Virus record (IMG/VR): IMGVR_UViG_3300046170_000378
Span: 1-64,000 of that record
Direction: 5' to 3' (one strand)
Length of the DNA: 64,000 nucleotides
Below are positions 34,801-44,104 of the stretch, piece by piece (the stretch's first letter is position 1; each line of letters opens with the position of its first letter). Made by a program: the position numbers and the translations under genes. The notes under the pieces were generated by a model. That model searched no databases. It worked only from the letters and a program-made list of their open reading frames with translations, and was not told the origin of the DNA.

Positions 34801-35059
34801 TCAAGGTATTAAAGGTGCAACTGGGCCGACAGGACCAAAGGGTTCTACCGGGCCAACTGGGCCGCAAGGTGCAACCGGACCACAAGGTGCAACCGGACCA
34901 ACACTAAACGTTTCCAATAATTCTAACAATAGAATTATCACGGCAACTGGTGGATCTACAGTAAATGCTGAGTCTGCATTAACATTCGATGGAACATATT
35001 TAAATATTAACGGAGCTGGAATATCACACGATGGCACCGTAATGAGATTTACAGTATAA
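31829..35059 (+). CDS. Collagen-like fibre protein (1076 aa), possibly the proximal long-tail-fibre (gp34-position) subunit
   Basis: Long GQK/GAQ/GPT/GIK triplet runs interrupted by repeated HTL(D/E)G..VGRVYG modules; directly precedes the gp35-like gene. Confidence 0.75.
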   Translation: MPRRSLKSIANMVAAMKFGRNATNIANAKNAKIGLNNPGFKDAHKPSAYSASQEYTDLYTLGPIIDDILDAIHALEDESAGIGEYLHDHFGSEEDKIQIPADLRVEIGGAFVQALYENSDNIIIGADVFLPNSGIVNFQITGNNTLQVGGVPIINASGEWIGPSTGLKGQKGQRGVAGTSGTDGTSGSSGSSGSSGTDGSSGTNGTNGSSGTDGSSGTNGTSGVDGAKGQKGQTGQKGQKGQTGAAGTSGTNGTDGTSGIKGQKGQKGQTGSTGAKGNTGNFGGASFDYTHDSSTNAMSDPGRGRVRTNSNTMSSVSSLAIDAEDDFGNDISNFLTTVDASTSAVKGFVRFAEKTNTTSFVTYAIYDLINRSGWWELSVDMTATSAPTIPFANGADIIMSFVVTGNVGDKGQKGASGVDGISGTSGQDGTSGTDGTSGSSGSSGSSGTDGSSGTNGTNGSSGSSGSSGTSGSSGSSGTNGTNGSSGSSGSSGSSGSSGSSGYQGAKSGEYGDPNSVNLLGEFNGQLYFDGNGFVWTWISAEGAWIKVNNLTGQKGQKGQTGAQGIKGVTGPKGNAGSSGTDGSSGSSGSSGSSGRNGTSGVNGAKGQTGAQGAQGAQGPQGAQGVQGIKGQKGQKGQTGAQGPQGQKGQTGSQGFQGHGYTKAALDGVDLVLTHTLDGDINVGRVYGNQGAQGAQGQKGQKGQTGGQGGQGAQGIKGVTGPTGPQGATGPQGIKGVTGPTGPQGATGPQGIKGATGAKGVTGPKGNTGAQGPTGPQGPQGHGVKTAYLSGTDLIIDHTLEGLINVGRVYGNQGAKGQKGQTGGQGGQGAQGIKGVTGPTGPQGPTGAQGAQGIKGQKGQKGQTGNTGPKGSTGAQGPQGHGYTRATLVGANLVLTHTLDGDLDIGRVYGNQGAQGPTGAQGAQGPTGAGGAKGQKGQKGQTGAQGGGGAQGAKGATGPTGPKGAIGVTGAQGPTGAKGQKGQTGAQGGQGAQGIKGATGPTGPKGSTGPTGPQGATGPQGATGPTLNVSNNSNNRIITATGGSTVNAESALTFDGTYLNINGAGISHDGTVMRFTV

Positions 35060-35083
35060 TAATAAGATAACAAATAACTTAAT

Positions 35084-36984
35084 ATGCAGTTAAATACAGA
35101 AAGAGAAACCAGAGTAAATATCGCAGGTGAAGCCGGAGGTCCATGTTCAGCTACATTGTCTGCATATGGAACATCATATAATTGCTCAGATACAAGTGCT
35201 GGTCACTTTGCTTTAGCCATTAAAGGGCAAGTAAAAGAGTATGCAGCTTCAACTAGGGGCTTGACATTATTAATCATAGATCACAGCTCACTTGAAGTAA
35301 TAACACATACAACACTTGATACATACGGTGACGATCAAGCTAGAATTAAACTGGCGGGTCTTTTAACAAATATAGTCAACGGTGAGTATGGAAATGTTAT
35401 TTTTGCACTCGCATCTCAAGACGCTATAGGTACTAATGCCACTTTGGCAGCTGCATTTAGAGAACTAAGAGCATATCATTGGTTTCAACTTCCAGGTTTA
35501 TCTAACGGTCCAACGCACAGACATCCATACGCTGCAATAGGAACAAGCAACTTAGGTATTATTAAAGAAGCTTTACATTCTAACACAGTAGGTGCAGCAC
35601 CTTCTCAGGTGACTATGAATATTCCAGATGATTGGGATACTATTGGTCACGAGGGCTATGGTCCAGATTTAAATTTTGGATCTAAGTTATCAGAATTTTC
35701 GTACACCGGAACTGGATATAGTTTTAATCATGGACCACATTTAACAGTCGAAAACTCTGGATATAAACACATAAAAGACGGTGAATATGTTAGAATGACT
35801 GGACAGATGAAAATAAGTTTAGAAAGAAAAGAAGCTGGTGGCTATGTGAGATCTTATTTTTGGAGTGCATCTACTACTGATGGATGGATTACATCTGCTA
35901 GTCACGGTAGTTATTCTACAGAATGGGAAAGATTTGAACTTTATTTTAGATGGAATAAATCATCTCAAACGGCGTCTGGTAGCAATAGTGGCGGAGGCGA
36001 ATCTATTTATTTAAGATGGGGACAATATCATTATCCTAGTAGTATTGATCCTGGAACTTCTTATATAAAAGACATTACTATACAAAAATGTGGATTTAAA
36101 CCAAACCAAGATCGCGACATAACTTTAAATTTAACCTAGTGATGCAATAGATGGTAAACAAATAAATGAATCTGTTGGTCCATTTGGAATTACAAATCCA
36201 GATAATTATTGGACCGTATTTCATTCAGAAAGAAATTTAACAGGCCGACCAAATTTAGGTGATTCTAGAATGGGTTCAGGCTTTGATACAAATAATGTAA
36301 AATGGTTTGATAGAGAGTTGACAGATAGATCACAGTACTCTATACACTGAAGGCAAGAATTTTACTGGAGACTCTAACAGATACAACGACATTGGATATG
36401 TAAATATTGACCCTACTAAAATGTACGCAGGTATGATTTGGCATTATTGTCATGAAAAGGGAAATGGTAACACATATCTAGGAACACACACTAGAAATGC
36501 ATCAGGAAGTACCGTACCAACATACGCATATGCAGGAACTAGTAACACAACTAACCCATATTGTATGTACCCTGCGGCATCTAATGTAGAGAAGAATACT
36601 TGGACACTTTGGACATATTTCTTTTTACCACATTGGTTCACTGATCAACAAGGTACAGATTTTTACAATGAAAACTGGTGTTATTGGGCTGGCAATTATG
36701 AAAACGCGAGTGCAGATAATTTATCAAAAACAGCAGGTTCTAGAGGTAGTAATGGCGGTAACATCAGAGTTTCTAGATTTAAAGAATCAGATGCACAGAT
36801 ACATTTAAGGTGGCTAGATTATTACAACACAAATGCTAACCATAAAACATGGTGGGCTTTACCTATGATTATTGAAATAGATCCACTAGATTTAGGAGCA
36901 AATGGTGCAATAGATCCATTTAAATTAATTGAAGATAATACTCAATTTAATAGTCAGTTTGGAAACATAAAAGGAATGAGTTAA
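35084..36984 (+). CDS. ILEI-domain protein resembling the T4 gp35 tail-fibre hinge (two +1 insertions near 36136 and 36345)
   Basis: RGLTLLIID...LDTYGD (ILEI-like), PYAAIGTS, DWDTIGHEGYG; continuous reading restored by removing two bases. Confidence 0.55.
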
Positions 36985-36995
36985 ATATATAGAAT

Positions 36996-37097
36996 ATGAG
37001 CAACGAAGAAAAATATACATGTCAAGTTTGTGGAAGCGACTCTAGTGGTTGTACTTCTGATCAATGCTTACCGACATTAAATCAAAACTTAGAATAA
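36996..37097 (+). CDS. 33-aa Cys-rich peptide (not in the ORF track)
   Basis: MSNEEKYTCQVCGSDSSGCTSDQCLPTLNQNLE*; fills the gap between two fibre genes; AATATATA 4 nt before the ATG. Confidence 0.5.
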   Translation: MSNEEKYTCQVCGSDSSGCTSDQCLPTLNQNLE

Positions 37098-37100
37098 GAA

Positions 37101-38351
37101 ATGGCAGATTTAAAACAAGGAACAACAGTAGGAGGTAACGAAGTATTACATACCGGAAACTTTATTACAGCCAATTACCCAGGATTTAAAGGTTCTACTG
37201 GAGCCCAAGGTGCTAAAGGTGCTACTGGACCCCAAGGTGCTACAGGACCTAAAGGTTCTACTGGAAACACTGGAGCCCAAGGTGCTAAAGGTGCTACTGG
37301 CCCTCAAGGTGGTACAGGACCACAGGGGATTAAAGGTCAAAAAGGTCAAACTGGTGCTACAGGTGCTATTGGACCGAAGGGTACTACTGGAAATACTGGG
37401 GCACAAGGTGCTAAAGGTGCTACTGGACCGACTGGTGCTACCGGCCCTCAAGGAGCACAAGGTGCTACCGGCCCTCAAGGTGGTGGAGGTGCAACTGGTG
37501 CCAAAGGTCAAAAAGGTCAAAAGGGTGCAACGGGTGCTCAAGGAGCTCAAGGTGTAATTGGACCAAAAGGAAACGTAGGAAGTACAGGACCAACGGGTGC
37601 TCAAGGTGCTAAAGGTCAGAAAGGACAAACAGGTGCTCAAGGTGGCGGTGGTGCTAAAGGTGCTACTGGACCCACTGGACCTACCGGACCTAAAGGAAGT
37701 ACAGGCGCTCAAGGGCCACAAGGTCATGGCGTTAAAACAGCCTACTTATCAGGTGTTGATTTAATTATAGACCACACATTAGATGGTTTAATAAATGTTG
37801 GTAGAGTTTACGGTGCTCAAGGTGCTAAAGGTCAGAAAGGACAAACAGGTGCTCAAGGTGGCGGTGGTGCCACTGGAGCTAAAGGTCAGAAAGGACAAAC
37901 AGGTGCCACTGGACCACAAGGTGCTCAAGGTGGTGGAGGTGCTCAAGGCGCTAAAGGCCAGAAAGGTGCACCAGGTGCTACCGGACCGATCGGACCAGAA
38001 GGTAAAACTGGAGCCCAAGGTGCAACAGGTGCTCAAGGTGGAATTGGACCAAAAGGTAATACAGGAAATACCGGTGCCGCTGGAGCTAAAGGTCAAAAAG
38101 GTGCACCAGGTGCTACCGGACCGACTGGACCTAAAGGAAATACTGGTGCTACTGGACCTACCGGTGCTACTGGACCTACCGGTGCTACTGGACCTGCTGG
38201 TCAAGATGGCGGTGGAGGATGTATTGCCCTATTCGTAGACGGTCGAGATTCAAACGCATGTCTTGATTCTGTAAATGTCGATACTAGAGCTGGCGCTATG
38301 CAACTGGTATTTGATAACGGCGATGCTTTCACAGCAATGTTACTAAAATAA
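37101..38351 (+). CDS. Collagen-like fibre protein with a T4 gp36-like N-terminus
   Basis: [21 protein letters not shown], then roughly 100 Gly-X-Y triplets rich in GAK/GQK/GPK/GPT. Confidence 0.75.
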   Translation: MADLKQGTTVGGNEVLHTGNFITANYPGFKGSTGAQGAKGATGPQGATGPKGSTGNTGAQGAKGATGPQGGTGPQGIKGQKGQTGATGAIGPKGTTGNTGAQGAKGATGPTGATGPQGAQGATGPQGGGGATGAKGQKGQKGATGAQGAQGVIGPKGNVGSTGPTGAQGAKGQKGQTGAQGGGGAKGATGPTGPTGPKGSTGAQGPQGHGVKTAYLSGVDLIIDHTLDGLINVGRVYGAQGAKGQKGQTGAQGGGGATGAKGQKGQTGATGPQGAQGGGGAQGAKGQKGAPGATGPIGPEGKTGAQGATGAQGGIGPKGNTGNTGAAGAKGQKGAPGATGPTGPKGNTGATGPTGATGPTGATGPAGQDGGGGCIALFVDGRDSNACLDSVNVDTRAGAMQLVFDNGDAFTAMLLK

Positions 38352-38368
38352 ATACATACTAAATAATT

Positions 38369-38398
38369 AAAAGACCTAATTCGTTAGGTCTTTTTTTT
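38369..38398 (+). terminator. Intrinsic terminator
   Basis: AAAAGACCTAA-TTCG-TTAGGTCTTTT followed by a T run. Confidence 0.8.
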
Positions 38399-38454
38399 GC
38401 TCTAAACTTTTGTAAGATATATAATATAATAGTATGATATTAATAATACACTAA

Positions 38455-39051
38455 ATGGCTTATAGTTTTAAAAGAGATCAAAACGATCCACAACAATATT
38501 ATTGGTTTGAGTCAGGTTTGACTAAAGAAGAACTTATTAAATTTAATAACCTTATTCTAAATTTAGAATATCATGATGCCACGATCATCGGTGATTCTGC
38601 CAGTGGAGAGAAATCATTAGATGTTAGATCTTCTAAAATTAAATGGATTCCGCATTCTAATGATTGGACTTGGTTATATAATAAATTTCAGGATATGATT
38701 ACCGAAGCCAATGGTGAATTATGGAATTTCAATATCTATGACATTGTTGAAGAAATTCAATATACAGAATATCACGCATCTGATAGTGGTCATTATGACT
38801 GGCACCAAGATATTGGCCCTGGAGATGCATCTCTAAGAAAGATTTCGTTGACGGTTCAATTGACAGATTCTGATCTATACGAAGGAGGAGACCTAGAAAT
38901 ATGGCAAGGCGGTGAAGTTAGAGATAAAACACCGAGAGGATCAGGAATAGTTATTATATTTCCAAGCTACATGATGCATAGAGTTACACCAGTTACAAAA
39001 GGTGTTAGAAGGAGTTTAGTATTGTGGGTCGGAGGAGAACATTATAAATAA
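38455..39051 (+). CDS. 2OG-Fe(II) oxygenase (prolyl-4-hydroxylase/PKHD-like)
   Basis: YDWHQD (HxD), RKISLTVQL, YEGGDL, IFPSYMMHRVTPVTKGVRRSLV.W. Confidence 0.85.
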   Translation: MAYSFKRDQNDPQQYYWFESGLTKEELIKFNNLILNLEYHDATIIGDSASGEKSLDVRSSKIKWIPHSNDWTWLYNKFQDMITEANGELWNFNIYDIVEEIQYTEYHASDSGHYDWHQDIGPGDASLRKISLTVQLTDSDLYEGGDLEIWQGGEVRDKTPRGSGIVIIFPSYMMHRVTPVTKGVRRSLVLWVGGEHYK

Positions 39052-39057
39052 TTAAAT

Positions 39058-40092
39058 ATGAGGATTTTGTTTTATGCAGGCTATCAAAGAGTCCCATTAA
39101 ATCAAACAATAAACACTGGAGGAGGGACAGAAATAGCTTTAGTTTCTATAGCCGAAGAAATGGTAAAATTTGGATATGAGGTAATAATCTCAGGTGAAGT
39201 AGAAAAATTAGGTAAAATAAATGGAGTTACTTGGCTGCCTACCCATGAGATTCACCAAACATATGATTATTTTGATGTTATAATAAGTGCAAGCTATATT
39301 CACTTTTTGCATGAATTTAAAAACTATACTTCTGCAAAAAAAGTATTTTGGGCACACAACACACACCACCATGCATGGTATAATGGGTTTGAACTTACTA
39401 GTGCAGATGAGTTAGTCAAAGAAGTAGACGCTACGGTGTGTTTAACAAATTGGCACGCAGACATATGGTCAAAAAAATATAACATCGATAGAGATTCTAT
39501 AAAAATTATAGGAAATGGAATTAACACCAATAGCTTTATTGGAAATCCACCTAAAATTAAAAATAAATTTATATGGTCATCAGAGCCAGAAAGAGGTTTG
39601 ATGTCTTTATTGCACAATTGGCCTAAAATAAAAATGATTAATAATAGTGCATCATTGGACATATATTCACCTGAGTATGGTCTAGATCAATTAGAGCATA
39701 TGATGCCTATTATTAATATGTTAGAAGATGTAAACGTTATTGGAAATAAAAGTCAATCAGAACTGCATGATGCTATGTTAAGAGCAGAATATTGGTGTTA
39801 TATTACAGATTATGAAGAAACATATTGTATCACCGCTTTAGAAATGCAATATGCTAAAGTAATACCTATTGCCACCAAAGCAGCTGCACTTAATGAAACT
39901 ATAAAATCGGGAATTATATGTGACTCTACAGATGAAACAAATTGGAATAGCGCTATATTATCTATAGGTAGAGCGGGTTCACAAATAAAAGAAAAGGTCA
40001 TTGAGTCTAATTATAATTGGGCAAAGTGTCAAACATGGAACCAAAGATCATATGATTGGAAAAACCTAATAGAGAAATTAACACATGAGTAA
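39058..40092 (+). CDS. GT4-like (GT-B) glycosyltransferase
   Basis: GGGTEIAL, IIGNGI, FIWSSEPERGL, EETYCITALE. Confidence 0.8.
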   Translation: MRILFYAGYQRVPLNQTINTGGGTEIALVSIAEEMVKFGYEVIISGEVEKLGKINGVTWLPTHEIHQTYDYFDVIISASYIHFLHEFKNYTSAKKVFWAHNTHHHAWYNGFELTSADELVKEVDATVCLTNWHADIWSKKYNIDRDSIKIIGNGINTNSFIGNPPKIKNKFIWSSEPERGLMSLLHNWPKIKMINNSASLDIYSPEYGLDQLEHMMPIINMLEDVNVIGNKSQSELHDAMLRAEYWCYITDYEETYCITALEMQYAKVIPIATKAAALNETIKSGIICDSTDETNWNSAILSIGRAGSQIKEKVIESNYNWAKCQTWNQRSYDWKNLIEKLTHE

Positions 40093-41380
40093 ATTAAATT
40101 TTGATAAAATCTATATAATATCACTGGACCATAGTCAAAGCGGATATGATAAGATAGCTAAAAAATTAAATGACTTAGGCCTAACTAAATCTGTGCCGTA
40201 TGAGATAATAAATGCACATGATGGAAATACAGATAAGTTGCCAGAAAATTATCACGTTTATGATAAGTGGCAATTATCAGGAAGTAACAATAAATGGTGG
40301 TCTCAAGATGTAACTGCCTCAGAAATAGGATGTGCAATAAGCCATATCAAATGTTGGCAAAAAATAATTAAAGATAATGTTAGATCAGCTTTAATTTTAG
40401 AAGAAGACTTTTTACCGCAAAAACCAATATCTGATTTAAATCAACCTGAGCTAATTTATGATTTAGCGTACTTAGGTAAGTGGTTATTGCCTGAAAAAGA
40501 AGATACTAAAATACCAAATGATGCACAGTGGTTTTATTCAGGTGCGTCTTATAATACACATGCATATATTATTACTAATTCATGTGCTCTTAAATTCCTA
40601 GACTATAACTTACATAAAAATATAATTCCAGTAGATGAGTTTATTATAGCAACATACAGCGATCACCCTAGAAAAGACGTGAGAGAATTGTATGCAAATA
40701 AAAACATAGTAACTATTACACCTAGTGAAGATTATATTGAACAAGAAACTAACACTATGAAAAATACAACATACTTTGAAATATTAGATGATTCTAATTG
40801 GGAAGAATGGAAATCAAAATATGTCAATCACACATTAGCTAAAGGCGAATATGATCTAATGCTAGATGATTTAGGCAACAACGTATACGAATTTCAATTA
40901 TTTACAGAAAAATTCTGTAAAGAAGCTGTTGCACTTGCAGAAGCCAAAGATAATTGGACAATAGACAGACATGAATTTTATCCAACAAACGATGTTCTTT
41001 TACAGGACATTGATTTACAAAAAATATATCATAGAGTATTAAAGGAAGTTGTATATCCTCTTTGTATCCACGTATGGACTCTAGAGGGTGCAGGATGGAA
41101 AGATATGTTTAGTGAAAACTTTATGGCTAGATATACAACAGACAGACAATCACACCTATCATTGCACCACGATTTTAGTCATGTAACTATGGTGGTTAAA
41201 CTTAACGATGAGTTTGAGGGTGGAGGAACTTGGTTTCCAAAATACAACTTGCTATCAAATCCTAAAAAGATAGGAACAGCAACACTGCATCCAGGAATGG
41301 TAACTCACTTACACGGTGCTAGACCAATAGATTCTGGAAAAAGATACATTATAGTATCGTTTATGAGAAAGGAAAAGTAA
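40085..41380 (+). CDS. Fusion of a GT25/COLGALT-like glycosyltransferase and a PLOD-like lysyl hydroxylase domain
   Basis: N-half: KIYIISL, EIGCAISHIKCW, ALILEED, SYNTHAYII, IIPVDEFI...HP. C-half: FTEKFC, LHHDFS (HxD), FEGGGTWF, LHPGMVTHLHGA, GKRYIIVSF. Confidence 0.8.
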   Translation: MSKLNFDKIYIISLDHSQSGYDKIAKKLNDLGLTKSVPYEIINAHDGNTDKLPENYHVYDKWQLSGSNNKWWSQDVTASEIGCAISHIKCWQKIIKDNVRSALILEEDFLPQKPISDLNQPELIYDLAYLGKWLLPEKEDTKIPNDAQWFYSGASYNTHAYIITNSCALKFLDYNLHKNIIPVDEFIIATYSDHPRKDVRELYANKNIVTITPSEDYIEQETNTMKNTTYFEILDDSNWEEWKSKYVNHTLAKGEYDLMLDDLGNNVYEFQLFTEKFCKEAVALAEAKDNWTIDRHEFYPTNDVLLQDIDLQKIYHRVLKEVVYPLCIHVWTLEGAGWKDMFSENFMARYTTDRQSHLSLHHDFSHVTMVVKLNDEFEGGGTWFPKYNLLSNPKKIGTATLHPGMVTHLHGARPIDSGKRYIIVSFMRKEK

Positions 41381-41397
41381 CACATAATAAACATTTA

Positions 41398-41826
41398 ATG
41401 AAAAAAGAAATAACATTTAACAAAGTAGTTGGTGATGATGGTCACTTAGTTTCACCAGTCTTAAAGAATGGTGCAAAAAACTACTTAATCGACATCGACG
41501 GTACAATCACAGATGACGTGCCAAATGAAGAACCCGAAAGAATGTCAGTAGTATTACCATATAATGGCTCTGTAGAAACATTAAATAAATGGTATGACGA
41601 AGGACATGTAATTACTTTCTTTACTTCAAGAACTGAAGAGGTAAGAGATATTACAGAAACGTGGCTAAATAAACACGGATTCAAATACCACGGTCTATTA
41701 ATGGGTAAACCTAGGGGTGGAAACTACCATTGGGTTGATAATCATATCGTAAAGGGTACTAGATACGAAGGCAAGTGGGCAGACTTGGTTAGAGAAGAAA
41801 GAACAATAGAAGTTTTTCCCTCTTAG
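41398..41826 (+). CDS. HAD-superfamily phosphatase
   Basis: LIDIDGTI, FFTSRTEE, LMGKPRGG. Confidence 0.8.
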   Translation: MKKEITFNKVVGDDGHLVSPVLKNGAKNYLIDIDGTITDDVPNEEPERMSVVLPYNGSVETLNKWYDEGHVITFFTSRTEEVRDITETWLNKHGFKYHGLLMGKPRGGNYHWVDNHIVKGTRYEGKWADLVREERTIEVFPS

Positions 41827-41837
41827 ATATATAGTAC

Positions 41838-42833
41838 ATGATTATAAAAGATTTCCAAACATTTTTAAACGAAAGGTTTGCTGAACATGAGATTCCGCAA
41901 ATTCAAATCATTATGCGAGATATTGGCTTATCGCCAAAACAAGAGGATTTTACAAAAAGAATGTTGGCGGAAATATATGAAAAATATGCTCACTTAGTAC
42001 TAGTTGACGATGATGGGTATAATCAAGACGAGAGGATTCCAGACAATAGAAGACATAACAAAACTAAATATGATGAACCTATTTTAAACTTTATGTCGGT
42101 GTCTCATGTTGAACTTGAAAAAATGAAAGCTCGAGTCTATAACAAAGTAGAAGATATTCAAATAGCTGCAGATAAAATTAAATTCTACAAAGAATTTGAT
42201 CAAACAGATTTTGTTCCAAACTGTGCATACAAACTAGACGACATAGAAAAATTAGAACTTCCAATTATAGCTAAGCCAGCGATAGGTGAAAGTGCACAAG
42301 GAATCGAGAAGTTTGATACGTATGAAGATGCTAAGAGTTCTAAAATGAAATTCGATGTTTGGCAAGAGGCTAAAGAAATAGACAGAGAATTTAGAGCCTT
42401 TGTTATGAATAATAAAATTATCCACTTGTGCGAAAGAGTTACCAATACTAAAAACGACAAATCAGTTGGTAAAAAAGATGCTGATGAAAAAATAGATCTA
42501 GTGTACCTTGATCAAGACATGTCCAAGTTTCCACACATGGATGAAATAGAGAAAATTAAAGAGGAGCTTAGTAAAAAAGTAAAGCTAGAATTTTATAACA
42601 TTGATTTAATGTTAGATAAAGACGGGACGATGTGGGTACCAGAACTTAATGGAAATCCAGGAATTGGTCCAGGTAGTTTTACGGTAATTTACAAGCATTG
42701 GATAGAATGGGTTTATGATCAAGAATTGAGTGAAGAAGTAGATAAAGACCTTAAAGAAATGGCAAAAGCATACCGAGAAGGTATGAAAAAGGAGCATCCT
42801 GATGAATACGCGGGTAGTTTATCACCAATATAA
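41838..42833 (+). CDS. ATP-grasp (RimK-like) ligase with a capsid-targeting-like N-terminus
   Basis: LPIIAKPAIGESAQGI, EFRAFV, IDLM, ELNGNPG; starts MIIKDFQTFLNE. Confidence 0.75.
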   Translation: MIIKDFQTFLNERFAEHEIPQIQIIMRDIGLSPKQEDFTKRMLAEIYEKYAHLVLVDDDGYNQDERIPDNRRHNKTKYDEPILNFMSVSHVELEKMKARVYNKVEDIQIAADKIKFYKEFDQTDFVPNCAYKLDDIEKLELPIIAKPAIGESAQGIEKFDTYEDAKSSKMKFDVWQEAKEIDREFRAFVMNNKIIHLCERVTNTKNDKSVGKKDADEKIDLVYLDQDMSKFPHMDEIEKIKEELSKKVKLEFYNIDLMLDKDGTMWVPELNGNPGIGPGSFTVIYKHWIEWVYDQELSEEVDKDLKEMAKAYREGMKKEHPDEYAGSLSPI

Positions 42834-42868
42834 AAAAGTAAGATAATTCTTACTGCGATATATAATTT

Positions 42869-43798
42869 ATGAAAATTAAAGATTTCCAAACATTTATTAA
42901 TGAACGCGATAGTCAATTGCGCAAAGTAATCATGTGTGTTTCTACCGAACTAAGTGACTTTGAGTTTGTAATAGGTGATGATTTTCATGCTAGTCAATAT
43001 ATGGAATTATTTACAAAGGGAGATAATCCTAAAAAAGCCACATTACCTGTAATTAATTTTTGCAATACACACACTGAAAGATTATTAGAAGCGGGTACTC
43101 CAAAGGAATTAATTTATAATCCTAAAGAGAAAAAGATGGAAATAGCATCTAAAGTAAAATGGCATAAAACTCACAACAATTCTGAGCACGTGCCTAAAAC
43201 TATCTTAAACGTAGATGACATTGATCAACTTAAATTTCCTATTATAGCAAAACCTGAGAACAGATTTTCAGGCCAAGGTATAATTAAAATCGATTCACTC
43301 GAGGATGCTAAGGATATGGATCTTTCTGACTTTGAAGTTTTCAGCGAGAAGATAGACATCGATGAAGAACATAGAATAATGATGTGGAGAGGCGAGCCTG
43401 TTATGTGGGTACAAAGAGTACATGGTAACGAGGAGACCAAAAAGATGACTAAGAAAAAGGACGATAAGTTATACTTTAAATATGTACTTAAGAAAATGGA
43501 AGACATGCCACAGGATTGGCAAGCAGTCTTTGATGAATTTGCAGAAGCACATAATGAATTAGACATATATTCAGTTGACTTGATGGTAGATACAGACGGA
43601 AAACCGTGGGTAGTAGAAATGTCTTCTGAATTTATGCCGCTATATGGTGTAATGTCATATTACTATAAAAAAGTTTTTGAAGATTTTTATGGTAAAAAAC
43701 TAAATAAAGAAGAAGAGTCACAGATAGATATGCTTCAGCAAAAAGACGTTGAAGCTACTATTAATTTTGATCAAAAAAGATTTTCAGTAGAAAAATAA
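42869..43798 (+). CDS. ATP-grasp ligase paralog with a capsid-targeting-like N-terminus
   Basis: FPIIAKPENRFSGQGI, EHRIMM, VDLM...WVVEMS; starts MKIKDFQTFINE. Confidence 0.7.
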   Translation: MKIKDFQTFINERDSQLRKVIMCVSTELSDFEFVIGDDFHASQYMELFTKGDNPKKATLPVINFCNTHTERLLEAGTPKELIYNPKEKKMEIASKVKWHKTHNNSEHVPKTILNVDDIDQLKFPIIAKPENRFSGQGIIKIDSLEDAKDMDLSDFEVFSEKIDIDEEHRIMMWRGEPVMWVQRVHGNEETKKMTKKKDDKLYFKYVLKKMEDMPQDWQAVFDEFAEAHNELDIYSVDLMVDTDGKPWVVEMSSEFMPLYGVMSYYYKKVFEDFYGKKLNKEEESQIDMLQQKDVEATINFDQKRFSVEK

Positions 43799-43803
43799 AA
43801 AAC

Positions 43804-44037
43804 ATGGGACAAGCTAACATGGAATGTATGATCGTTAACGTATGGGTTCACCATATGCAAGTCGACGAGTTATTTGATTTTTTAAATGACAGGATAGATA
43901 CTGCTCCTGATTATTGGTTTAATTATGAGTCAACACCTGCGTCTATCACAGGTGGTCACGTAATGATAAGCCTTACATTTGAATCTTATTCTAAACTTTC
44001 AGCATACAAATCTTGGGACGATACCGTCTGGCAATAA
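43804..44037 (+). CDS. Hypothetical protein
   Basis: 77-aa ORF in line with its neighbours. Confidence 0.6.
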   Translation: MGQANMECMIVNVWVHHMQVDELFDFLNDRIDTAPDYWFNYESTPASITGGHVMISLTFESYSKLSAYKSWDDTVWQ

Positions 44038-44104
44038 ACTTTTTTATTCTTTAGTGTATAAGTAATACCTACATAGTTAGGAAGTTTACTTTAAAGGATA
44101 TATT

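Noticed and set aside
16903-38238. Alternative-frame and antisense ORFs inside the collagen genes (VLQVLMEL-, PEEPSVP-, LSTLST- and HQFLK-type)
   Set aside because: These are shadows of the Gly-X-Y codon periodicity.
16128-41380. Giant eukaryotic virus (Mimivirus-like) origin, suggested by collagens and the PLOD homolog
   Set aside because: The context is bacterial-phage-like: bS21, ClpP/ClpC, MgsA, PhoH, an S74 tail chaperone, intrinsic terminators, operons and T4-like fibre motifs.
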